Positions 46,921 through 56,824 of a stretch of DNA of 64,000 nt are shown in pieces; positions within the stretch are counted from its first letter, which is position 1, and every line of letters begins with the position of its first letter. Under the pieces are notes generated by a model. That model was not told where the DNA came from, searched no databases, and saw nothing but the letters and a program-made list of their open reading frames with translations. The position numbers and the translations under genes are program-made. Origin of the DNA: a virus (taxonomy: Duplodnaviria; Caudoviricetes); the IMG/VR virus record IMGVR_UViG_651703002_000001, positions 128,001 to 192,000 of that record. One strand, 5' to 3'.

Positions 46921-47688
46921 TTATTGAATAGTCATATAAACTGTATTTGATGGAAGACTTTTAACAAGCTCCTTCTTGGGGATTCGAATAATATCCAATC
47001 GTTGAAGCTTTACAAACTCTCCATCAGAAAAGAAATCTTCCGATTTTAGAAATCCGTCTTCGATCCATACAGCAGTAAAGATACCAGATTCTGGCATGGT
47101 GTCAACCTGTTTTACCTGTTGTTCAAATTGACTACCAACTTCAACTAGATGATCTTCTACCTCATGAGGTAGGAACAAAATTTGATTTTGGAAACCGATA
47201 CCATCTGCCTTGAAAATAGATTTATCATTTTTATAAGCCGCACCTATACCACCTTCACCGATAAAACTTACTTTTTTGCAAATTTGGTCGAGAATGATTT
47301 CCAATTCGGTTAGGTATCTTTGATCCCAATTACGTTGAAATGCACAGAATACTCGTTCTTTCCACAACACCGGACTGTCTGAATTTTTCCACTTATACCA
47401 AGTTTCAACTTTCTCATGGGTTTGTTCAGTACCAATTTCCACCAAATAATTATTAATATCGTCATCGGTGAATATTAGAAGACCATATACGGATTTATCA
47501 TTGACCATAGTTACATCGTTAACCCACTTTTCATGGAAAACGCAAACCATCTCTTTCTCTCCGATAATACTAGCAGCAAATTGAAATTCTTCGCTATTAT
47601 CACCAAAGATCTTAAATATCTTATTTAACCACTCGGATTTTGATTTTGAATCCTTCCATTTATATGTTTTTACTTTACTCATATACAA
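46921..47688 (-). CDS. Multi-module hypothetical protein
   Basis: Two YKWK...YLVEIG/HLVEVG repeats plus a C-terminal VDTMP.SG.F..VW module. Confidence 0.75.
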   Translation of the reverse strand: MYMSKVKTYKWKDSKSKSEWLNKIFKIFGDNSEEFQFAASIIGEKEMVCVFHEKWVNDVTMVNDKSVYGLLIFTDDDINNYLVEIGTEQTHEKVETWYKWKNSDSPVLWKERVFCAFQRNWDQRYLTELEIILDQICKKVSFIGEGGIGAAYKNDKSIFKADGIGFQNQILFLPHEVEDHLVEVGSQFEQQVKQVDTMPESGIFTAVWIEDGFLKSEDFFSDGEFVKLQRLDIIRIPKKELVKSLPSNTVYMTIQ

Positions 47689-47811
47689 CCTCTGCTAGTT
47701 TTTTGTAAACAAGATTTAGCCCATCGACCGAATCTTTTAAGTCTTGTGTATGAAACACATCAGAGCATACTATAGCTAAAACTCCAAGTAAAGACCCAAT
47801 CAAAATATATT

Positions 47812-48387
47812 TCATACATACCCGAGTCGTTTAGCTTCTTTCTCGTTGATTGCAACAAATCCGTCATCCGTCCGGATCACATAGTCACTTTCCACAACAA
47901 GATTACCGTTGAGCAAACACATACCTACCGCATTTGGACTGCGATATTTCCGGAACCCGTCTACTGCGTCACCTGCAAAGGTTTTAAGTTCGTCAATACC
48001 TTCCTGACTATATACAAACTTTACGTATTTTTTCATATCATTTTCCTCTTTTATCTCAACCTTATCATAGGTTTTCCAAAAAATATCTGGCTTACATGCA
48101 TAGTATTCCCCATCAACCCCTTTAATAATAAAGTCTCCCGGAGTTACTACGTGTTTACCTTCACGAGTATCAATAACACCCATAACCTCCCAAGTCCACA
48201 TATTACTATCTGAACTACAACCGCTAGTACCAAGCAGATTAAAGATCTCCATGTAATCTGTAGGTCTTACCATTGGGTGATCTTTACAATCCCTCGCCCA
48301 TATAGGCATTCCGTTTGTGTCTGGTGCATTCCATTGAATAGCCTCTACAACCACCGGCTTTTTACGATATAGATTATTCAGATTCAC
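47812..48387 (-). CDS. PGDYG-like phage protein
   Basis: YRKKPVVVEAIQW...IDTREG....PGDFIIKGVDGEYYACKPDIF.KTY. Confidence 0.75.
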   Translation of the reverse strand: MNLNNLYRKKPVVVEAIQWNAPDTNGMPIWARDCKDHPMVRPTDYMEIFNLLGTSGCSSDSNMWTWEVMGVIDTREGKHVVTPGDFIIKGVDGEYYACKPDIFWKTYDKVEIKEENDMKKYVKFVYSQEGIDELKTFAGDAVDGFRKYRSPNAVGMCLLNGNLVVESDYVIRTDDGFVAINEKEAKRLGYV

Positions 48388-49732
48388 AGTTGAATCTCCA
48401 TGATACTAATAAAATTCCAAGTCCATAACCCATCGATTTCATCTTTTCTACAACCAGACATATCAATAACGTATTTTTCTACGATTTCTGTTATAGCTTT
48501 CCGATCAACAATGTGTTCATCATGGTCAACAACTAACACTTGCTCATTGTTGTTCCCACCAAAAGGACCACAAATATCATACTCACACCAAATTTTTATG
48601 TAACTTTTCATTTGTTTTTAAACCTCTGCTCTATTTGATTAATAACCATTTCATATCCAGAATATGGGGTAACATATGCTACTCCCCTTTCGGACCCATG
48701 TAAAGTCATTTTAACTGCGTCATTATGACCTACCATAAACTTATATTCCACACGAAGAACACCCTTTTCAAATACGGTTGATTCTACCTTAATAGGGCCA
48801 AGGTGCTCTTTTTGGAACTGCTTTAGGGTTTGTACCAAAGTAATTCGTTGTGAGTCTGTGATAGATTCAACGGCCTTATAGAACTGGTTTTCTTGAAACT
48901 GTCGGATCTCATGTTTTACCATATCTATAATTTTATCAACGCCGTCAGTTCTAACATAGTCAAAACGATAATTCATACACACCTCACATATTTAAAAGTT
49001 ACCATTGGGGTAAACATTCTATATTCGTTGGGGACCATACACCAACATACTACTTCATAACCCATACTTTGGGCAGCGAGATCTACCTCATAAATCCAAT
49101 CTTCTGCGAATGAAGTATCAATAACTCGATTATCATACTTACTCAAAATCGGAAATTGTATAGACAAATCGTTATGAGATTTAACAACGAATTTACCTTT
49201 CCACGAACTCATGATATCACCCATATTCCTGATTTGATGTTTTTATAAAGGCCCAAATTAGTAACCATCATAGTTTTCCATTTACTACCCATGCAGTAGT
49301 TGATAACCAGACCGCGCGAGTTATGGACAATGTACCAACCCATTTATATTTTCCAGTATTACCAGATGATACACCGTTTATAATGCATTTTACAATAACA
49401 AATAAAACGGAAATATTCATTATACCCCTCTCCAACATTGGAACAATCATAACATGGAGCATATCCATGTAAGTTTGACGATAATCGTCTTGATGGATTT
49501 CTTTAATCACCTCATATATATCCCGACCATTGAGTGACCAGCTAATAACTTCCGCATTATCTATTTCACGAAACGGATTACCGTTCAGCTTAATGATAAT
49601 GAAGTTTGAACTTTTTGGAAGATCAATAAGCCATTCATTTCGGCCTGCTAGGGATTTACCATGGGTTGACAAAACTTTACGAACATCTTCATTGATAAAT
49701 TGGATTCTCATACACATCTCCTTGATTCAGAT

Positions 49733-49786
49733 TCCATAATACCAGAAACAAAAATGGGATCAAGCATTATTTGCCCGATCCCATTA
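49733..49786 (-). terminator. Terminator of the late island, overlapping the next early promoter
   Basis: AATGGGATC...GATCCCATTTTT; TTGATC...TGG TATTAT. Confidence 0.65.
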
Positions 49787-49788
49787 AA

Positions 49789-50121
49789 TTATTTCTTCAA
49801 CATACCATTCAGCTTATCAAAAGCCGCATTGAAGTTCTTTTGTGTGTCTTCTTTTGAACGACTAAACTTAACCTGACCGAATGTTTCGATAGGGCTAATG
49901 TTTGTCTTTGTCAAGTCAACATTTTCTTTAACCCAACGTTTCCATTCGTGTTGTTGAACCTCGTAATACTTTTTAGCATCACGGATCCCACCGGTTGTCA
50001 TACGACCTTGAACCGCACTCAACATAGAAATGTATTGGTTAACAATACGATTATAGTCTTTTGAGGTTTTCAAAACGTGTGCCTCATCAAGACGCTCGAA
50101 AAATTTACTGTTATCTAACAT
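49789..50121 (-). CDS. Putative internal head protein
   Basis: Leader MLDNSKFFERLDE|A ends in L-X-E; Lys-rich body. Confidence 0.6.
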   Translation of the reverse strand: MLDNSKFFERLDEAHVLKTSKDYNRIVNQYISMLSAVQGRMTTGGIRDAKKYYEVQQHEWKRWVKENVDLTKTNISPIETFGQVKFSRSKEDTQKNFNAAFDKLNGMLKK

Positions 50122-50122
50122 A

Positions 50123-50395
50123 TTACCCCCGAGCTTTCATAACTGCATCGACTACATCTTTGTTATTTGACATAGCAAACATAACAGCAGCTTTACCGAT
50201 TGCGGTCTTTTTGGTCAGTTGTTCACCTGACCATTTAGCCTTGGCATCAAAAGAACCAAATTTAAGTTCGTGTTTTTCGATCCAAGTATTGAAAAATTCT
50301 GCCAGTGAATCTTTAAATTGTTTGTTAATCAGATCTTTAGATTCACTCAGAAGAGATACATCCAGTTTTTCGTTCAACTCATTGAATTTTTTCAT
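50123..50395 (-). CDS. Putative internal head protein
   Basis: MKKFNELNE...LLSE|S resembles the T4 capsid-targeting leader MKTYQEFIAE. Confidence 0.6.
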   Translation of the reverse strand: MKKFNELNEKLDVSLLSESKDLINKQFKDSLAEFFNTWIEKHELKFGSFDAKAKWSGEQLTKKTAIGKAAVMFAMSNNKDVVDAVMKARG

Positions 50396-50407
50396 TTTAT
50401 TTTTCCT

Positions 50408-51267
50408 TTAGTATCCGTAATTTTTGGCAGCAACTTCATCATAAACTTCAAACGTTTTGAACTTACCGGTTTCTTCATCGCCAAAAGAGTATACACCTTC
50501 TTTCAGGTTAATGGAAAGCTTTTTATACTCATCCCCGATTTTTATTTTAGCAAATTCACTATCACCAATCATAACTGGATACTCAACACCTTCCAATGTA
50601 AGCATAGTTCCCAACTGGGCAATAGATCCGGTTTGACGATCTGACGGACTTAGATTTTTAAAATTTACTTGTCCGGAAGTCGCTTTTGAACTAAACGCAT
50701 CCATAGCCTCGGTTAATTTCTGGTCATAGTCAAACAATTGAACACCATCTACGTCATGACCTAAAATTGATTTTTGCTTCGTCCATCATTCCTTTAAAAT
50801 CCGGATGGATCATAAGAGATTCAAGCAAAGACTCCATCATGGCGCTTTTCTGACCAGCAGCCAGTTGTTTATGAGAGATCTTACCGCCAGTACCTTTAGG
50901 GAACACGGTTACTATGTTAATTTCTCGTCCTTTAACACTAGCAACTACCGAACGGTTTTCAGATTGGGAGTGGAACATGTAGGTTCCGCCTTTAATCTTA
51001 TTCGTTTCAGTATGCTTAACAATCTTACGGGCAAACTCTTTCCACTCTTCCGCCGACTTATCACCCGCTCGTTGATGTGCCCGAGCTTGTGCATGGATAG
51101 ACGCTTGAACTTTAAATGGCCCTACCCGCATAGTGACGGGTAATTTTGATTGTTTACTAAGATTAAATTCTTGGTCTTTGGTTAGTTCTACTTTTCGATT
51201 TCGACTTTCTGCCCGAACTTTCCTCGATTGATATGAGTCGAGAAAAGAAATGTTTGTTTTCTAACAT
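50408..51267 (-). CDS. Putative processed internal head polyprotein (three apparent homopolymer indels; joins track ORFs 50408-50737 and 50754-51131)
   Basis: ATG 51267 with AAGGA SD gives MLENKHFFSRLISIEE|S; internal LLE|S and LTE|A; HAQARAHQR...IVTVF domain. Confidence 0.55.
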
Positions 51268-51297
51268 ATTATTTTCCTTAAGGTGAGTCTTACCCTT

Positions 51298-51304
51298 TAT
51301 TTAG
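51298..51304 (-). promoter_or_regulatory. T4-type late promoter (CTAAATA variant)
   Basis: CTAAATA about 30 nt upstream of ATG 51267; no -35 box. Confidence 0.6.
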
Positions 51305-51688
51305 GAAGATAAAAATAAGACAGTATGATAGATAAAATTAGAATTATGTAAATTCCCATTTTGGTTTTCATATCATGGACGGACTCCGCGAGGATCCCAA
51401 CGCCAAACCCATATAAAAATAATCCAATATTCATAAAATACCTCATTTACGAAATTGCAAAGCAGTAAAGGGAAGAAATACCGGCTATTACATAACCAGT
51501 GGTGAATCCTTTTGATATGCTGCGCGGGTACCTCGTACCGATTTAACGAAACAACCGCCAGCAACAAAAACAAGTGCGATTACCATTATTCTTCCCTCTC
51601 ATTAGTTGATATGAGTAGTATACACTAACGATTTATCATTTCAACATAATTTTTGAAAAGTTATAGATGAAATGCTGTATGTCTCGGA

Positions 51689-52081
51689 TCACAATCCAAA
51701 CATTCTCATTACAATAAACATGATAATATTATAATGAACTAAGTGATGAGCCATTTGGTCTAGTCCAAGATGATACCAGAACTTAGCATCTTTTGGTGTA
51801 TGGTTTCTACTTAATTCTACTTTAATTTTATCGATAACGAAATGAGAAATAAAATCAAAAAGTGTTAGTGCAACAACAACCCAGAAGCTCATACCCATGA
51901 TGACCGCAACAAACATTGTCATCGCTGCATGAACCCCACAATGAGCAGCAAGAGGAAGTTCCCAACCATTCTCTTTGAATTTCCCGAGCATATACTTACC
52001 TTGCAGTAAGTAATCAGCTAAGTAGTGTTTGACCTGATAAAAAACTAGAAGTCCAAATATAGTTAGTAAAATTTCGGTCAT
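51689..52081 (-). CDS. DUF3307-like membrane protein
   Basis: HYLADYLLQ, LAAHCGVH, SHFVIDKIK, GLDQMAHH. Confidence 0.85.
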   Translation of the reverse strand: MTEILLTIFGLLVFYQVKHYLADYLLQGKYMLGKFKENGWELPLAAHCGVHAAMTMFVAVIMGMSFWVVVALTLFDFISHFVIDKIKVELSRNHTPKDAKFWYHLGLDQMAHHLVHYNIIMFIVMRMFGL

Positions 52082-52428
52082 TTATTCTTCCTCTTCATAC
52101 TCATCATCTTCGTCATTATTTCGGATATATGACATGGGATTATAACCTGACAGTGAATATCCCATCAAACTAATCAGCCATTGAATTTTTTCTTGGTCAT
52201 CTGTGACGATCTCAAGATCTTCACGATCTAGGGGTTCCCTCTACTTCGGAATGTTTACCAAGGATTTCACCAAAATATACATCAGACCCAATATATTTTT
52301 CAACTACTTCCGAGTCTTCTACAAAAAGACCTTCTACACTTCCACCACGACCGGCGTCCCAATAAAAACGATACAATTTCAACATTTTATATTACCCCAT
52401 ATTTTTAGATTTAATTTTACCACAACAT

Positions 52429-53589
52429 TTATTTCAAAAAGTCCTTACATGTAATATGTTCGTCAAACACTTCCCGATATCCCAATAGGTTTGCTAGACG
52501 TTCCCGACATGCTACAACGTTAGATTCAACTATGTCAAATCCAAAAAGTTGATGTGCGATTGTTTCTTTATCGTGACCTAGCTCGATTCTTCGTTCGGCG
52601 ATTCGATATAGGATGTTTCCATCACCACACGCGGGATCCATAAAAGACCCTTCCCAATTTGTTACGCGATCAAGCAACATATCGGTTACCACTTCAGGAG
52701 TGAAAACTTCATGAGTTGTTTTCTGACGGACGATATCAAATTCAGAAGCCCGTCCGGTTCTTATCCTCATTGTGAGAGCCTGAGTGATAGCTACCACGAC
52801 TTTCTGAATCGTAGTAGGGTAAGACCCCCATATATTTTGAAATCCACTCACGCATCGTTGGAAGCTCTTGGTGAGGTCCGGATAAGGAACCGCTGCAAGG
52901 GTCCCGCTATCTAGGTGCTGGTTATTTTTATAAAGAGCCAAGAATACCCGAGCATAATCAGACTTCACATATTCAAGGAATTTTTCTGCAACTTCCTTAT
53001 ACTTAAACCCATAATGATGCCACTTCATGTTCGGAGCAGTTTCTACTTGATAATCTTTAGGAACCATTGTAAAGAAATCTGCATTAAACCGATCTCCTGC
53101 AACGGGTACGTGTCCACGAATCAATCCTATATTAACGAAATAATTACCTTCTGAATTTTGACTATTGAGAAGATTCTTTTCAACTGGAACCTTTTCATAT
53201 AGTGGGTTTATCATAGTACCGAAATAATTAAGTTCATCAACCTTCATCCGATTGCGACCATTAATCATAGGTCCATATACGTCAATATAAGCATCGAAAG
53301 GAACACCATTCAATGTGTGAGTAATTGACAATGGAACAAATAACCCAGCAGAGAAATAAAGATTACCATCGATTAGTTCCATGGAAGTCATATTGGTTCT
53401 AATAATGTTCTTGAACTCGGTAACCCGCTTCTGTTCCTTCACCTTACGCCGGTTGAAAGCTGGGGCTGATGGATGAATACAAATGATCTCTCTACACATA
53501 CCAAATGCTTTGTTAAAGAAATCAAGATGTAGATTCTTGTTATATGGTGGATTCATTATTACATAGTCAAATGAACGATCCTCTATCAT
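52429..53589 (-). CDS. Adenine DNA methyltransferase with permuted motif order
   Basis: N-terminal FDYVIMNPPY; C-terminal EVFTP, DPACGDGN, GFDI, CKDFL. Confidence 0.8.
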   Translation of the reverse strand: MIEDRSFDYVIMNPPYNKNLHLDFFNKAFGMCREIICIHPSAPAFNRRKVKEQKRVTEFKNIIRTNMTSMELIDGNLYFSAGLFVPLSITHTLNGVPFDAYIDVYGPMINGRNRMKVDELNYFGTMINPLYEKVPVEKNLLNSQNSEGNYFVNIGLIRGHVPVAGDRFNADFFTMVPKDYQVETAPNMKWHHYGFKYKEVAEKFLEYVKSDYARVFLALYKNNQHLDSGTLAAVPYPDLTKSFQRCVSGFQNIWGSYPTTIQKVVVAITQALTMRIRTGRASEFDIVRQKTTHEVFTPEVVTDMLLDRVTNWEGSFMDPACGDGNILYRIAERRIELGHDKETIAHQLFGFDIVESNVVACRERLANLLGYREVFDEHITCKDFLK

Positions 53590-53604
53590 AAAATACCTTT
53601 TAAT

Positions 53605-53624
53605 AAAAGGGGCGGTTAGCCCCT
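53605..53624 (-). terminator. Rho-independent terminator
   Basis: AGGGGC-TAACC-GCCCCT TTTATT. Confidence 0.75.
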
Positions 53625-53908
53625 ATTTGAACAAATCTTTAATATCATGAAAGAACAAACTATTTTGTTCGTCAATATATGAGCGCACTTCACCAACGGT
53701 TTTCTCATAAAACTTAATCAAGTCTAGTTTACTACCAAACACATCATAAATTTCTTTGGTAAAGAATACATCTCGTACCGCATCATAATAAACTGTATGT
53801 GCCACTTTTGCTAGGTATTGTTGCATTGTACCCATACCAACATTACGAACTTCCAGAAAGGTAATAGTTCCCACAAAAATATTTTCCAGCAAATTTACAC
53901 GATCAAAC

Positions 53909-54379
53909 TTAATAGTCATATTGATTCTCCGTTAGGATTGTGATTACCCGATCTTGATTACGAACTACTCGTACATCTTCGGGCGGATTTTTAACAAATT
54001 CTCGGATTCGGATTTTAGCATTAATATCCAAAATACAATTCTTTTCCATATACCAAACCGAATACATATCTCGATCTGAACGTTGATAGTTCGGATACAT
54101 CCGGATCAACTGGATCTCAGGGATATGGATATTCTCGATTCGTTGGAAATACCTTACAAGGAAATGGTCAGTTAGGTTTAGAACCCCGACAGTTCTCCAC
54201 GTTTCATAGTGGTAATTGTCTTCAATCCTACCACCAAGATAATCGCCGGGCGCTAACGTATAATCGACTTGTTCTAATACCCTATGACTATTCGCAATCT
54301 CATCGTTAATGAGTTGAATCTGATGATTCATTTTAGTTAGCTTACTGGGGTTAACACCCCTAATACGTCTGCCATTCAT
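53909..54379 (-). CDS. Hypothetical protein, possible RelE/DUF4258-like fold
   Basis: LTDHFLVRYFQR...VVRNQDRVITIL. Confidence 0.55.
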   Translation of the reverse strand: MNGRRIRGVNPSKLTKMNHQIQLINDEIANSHRVLEQVDYTLAPGDYLGGRIEDNYHYETWRTVGVLNLTDHFLVRYFQRIENIHIPEIQLIRMYPNYQRSDRDMYSVWYMEKNCILDINAKIRIREFVKNPPEDVRVVRNQDRVITILTENQYDY

Positions 54380-54769
54380 AGGTTATCCTTTTAATTTTTA
54401 TTGTATGATATCGATAGATAAAGTCACTACATACCCCATAGCATTGTGGGTAACTTCAAGGGGGAATACCCCGACTAAATTTTCAAATCCAAGACGTACA
54501 TCTTTTTTATAAATAGACCCGCATATGTAATTTTTTGAAATTTCTGAAACCCACGTCTCAAAATATTCTGCATCTGATAGATTAACAACACGAAAAGTAA
54601 ATGGGTTTACATAAGATATACCTTTAAATGGTTTGTCTTTATATATTCCTTTTCCATACCAATTTCTACCAACCAAAACCGGAATATTAACTATTTGCGT
54701 TTCTATTTTTGGTCCTTCTATATACTCGATTTCTATAGACTTGTCTACAAATTTCAAAATTCCTCGCAT

Positions 54770-55458
54770 TTACCAACCCTCCATGGGGAATTCCATATAC
54801 ACTTGAGCGTTACGGCGGATCTCATTACTGATCTTCTTTACACGGTCTGTATTGCGACTTACCCGACCAAACCAGCGCCAACCGTTACCAATTGCTTTAG
54901 AGCCAGTATGCCACGTTTGCCAATCGAATTCAAGTAGGGTGCGGTCTGGGGCTGTATGAAGAACCAGCTCACCGCTATCAATCTTCTGCAAAACTTCTTT
55001 ATGCCACTGACGATAAATCAGCTCACCGTCTGGAATTTGGCTAAATTCAGATTCACCTACTGCAAAATGAGTAGGGCAGATATCACCATTAACCAAACCA
55101 AGGATATGGCTAGAATGATAACGAGGATTGTCATAATCAGGTTGTCCCGCAGTGATGAAATGTTTTTCCAGTAGGGATATCTGGACGAGGAACATCATCA
55201 TGATGGAACCCCGGAATTGCAGGATACCACCCCGGCATAAGCATATGTACCCCGAGAGTCAAATACTACATCAGAGCCTTCCCAATCATCTGGAAGTTGA
55301 GAGATAAAGCTTCGGGTAATTGGGCCGCCATTCTCATAAGCAAAGTTTAGATCGCTATTGAAGAACATCGTTTCGTTTTTGATTTCATCATTCGTTACGT
55401 ATGATGCAAAAGTACCGCGATTTTTGAACTGGGAGTTGAAAGTTTTTTTGCTATTCAT
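54770..55458 (-). CDS. 2OG-Fe(II) dioxygenase-like protein (two apparent homopolymer indels)
   Basis: Repaired frame: DSRVHMLMPGWYPAIPGFHHDDV...WQTWH...WRWFGRV (HxD...H...R). Confidence 0.65.
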
Positions 55459-56166
55459 TTGTATTTCTCCGGAACAAACCCAACCACAAGAAGTAGTATG
55501 AAAGTGAAAAATATGGATATAATTAGGAAATCTCCATTTCCAGTAACCAATGTACAACCAACTAATATTGTATGAAACACAACAAGAAAACACAAGAACA
55601 AAATTTGTTTTATTTGATTGGACTCCAAGAACCCAAGAACAATCGAATAAATTGTAAGAATAACAACAATAACAGTGAAAAATATAACCACAGTCAATCC
55701 TTATTGAAATAATCATCGGAATAATCGGCTGTAAGTGGATCGTGTTCACTTGCATCATACAATGAAACTGAAACTTTAGTTGTGATACTACTACCACCAT
55801 CTCTATGATCTACACCAACACAAAGGCTAATATTTTCTTTGATGTAACGAATCAAAAAATCTTGATTTTGTTCTACCCAATCTTCATAAGTCATAATCAA
55901 ACCTCAACTTTAACAATATGATAACCATAACCAAGATATCCCAATTCCTTTTGCATAGAAACCATTCGACCTTGGGCGGCGAAATAAGATGCAAGATTGT
56001 GCTGGTTCATAGTCTCAACAAATACAGCAACCACATAATCGTTTGAGTCTGGACCGTTTTCAATAACCGCATGAGCTTGGCGGAATTTAATTCCCTTCTG
56101 GAAGCGGGCTTTGGCTTCTTGCAGTTTGGCCTTGATTGCTTCATTCATCATATTTTCCATAATTAT

Positions 56167-56218
56167 CTCCTTTTGTTTCGACAAAGAGAGTATCCCACAA
56201 ACGGGGATACTGTGTCAA
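56167..56218 (-). promoter_or_regulatory. Palindromic promoter + leader + SD cassette
   Basis: 50/52 identical to 26836-26887. Confidence 0.88.
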
Positions 56219-56224
56219 CAACTT

Positions 56225-56824
56225 TTAGAAATTTTTATGAATAGCTACGGCTTCCCACACTTTGTTGAATGCTTCCTGATATGCATCATTTTCTGCAAAC
56301 TCACGGTCGTACTTATCCGGATCCATCCCACCACTATTAGTACCGTAGAATACCATACCGTTTTTAAGTGTAATCATACAGAACAAGAATCTATTATGTT
56401 TCTCAATTACGTCATTACTACCGTAGATTGGGACAGATGAATCAATACCCTGAGCGGCGGTAAAATAGTTAACGGTTGAGATATAACTTTCTACTTCGGT
56501 TTTATCGATTGATACACTTGTGGGGTTATCATCAAAAACCTCAAAGAAATTGTTCAATTCCAACGAATCAATCCACCAAGTATCGCATCGTTCTTTTGAA
56601 ATACCTTTCGTATTTTCTGAAAAAATAACTTGGTTCTTAATTATCAGATCGGAAGAATACCAATTTTTATGTTCGGGGTGTTTCTGGATGATCGTCTTCA
56701 TTCCACAAAGTTCCCGTTCTTTCATTGCTTCAACAACGATTTTAACATTTTTTAGAAATTCTTTAGATAAACCACTTGCATAACGAATATACCCCTCGGG
56801 GTTTTTCAATTTAATATATTTCAT
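56225..56824 (-). CDS. Protein with C-terminal N4 gp49/Sf6 gp66-family domain
   Basis: I...NYFTAAQG...LFCMITLKNG...G.....DP..YD.E.....A...A..KVW. Confidence 0.75.
   Translation of the reverse strand: MKYIKLKNPEGYIRYASGLSKEFLKNVKIVVEAMKERELCGMKTIIQKHPEHKNWYSSDLIIKNQVIFSENTKGISKERCDTWWIDSLELNNFFEVFDDNPTSVSIDKTEVESYISTVNYFTAAQGIDSSVPIYGSNDVIEKHNRFLFCMITLKNGMVFYGTNSGGMDPDKYDREFAENDAYQEAFNKVWEAVAIHKNF

Noticed and set aside
55198-55800. 200-aa ORF from the track as one gene
   Set aside because: Its 5' part overlaps two real genes out of frame; only 55458 onward belongs to the oxygenase
13855-56218. Palindromic 30-50-bp repeats as a CRISPR or mini-array
   Set aside because: Copies are hundreds to thousands of bp apart, separated by whole genes, contain -35/-10 boxes, and no cas genes are present
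14421-56218. Integron attC-type cassette array
   Set aside because: No integrase, and no consistent RYYYAAC/GTTRRRY-bounded long stems; promoter/terminator function explains the repeats
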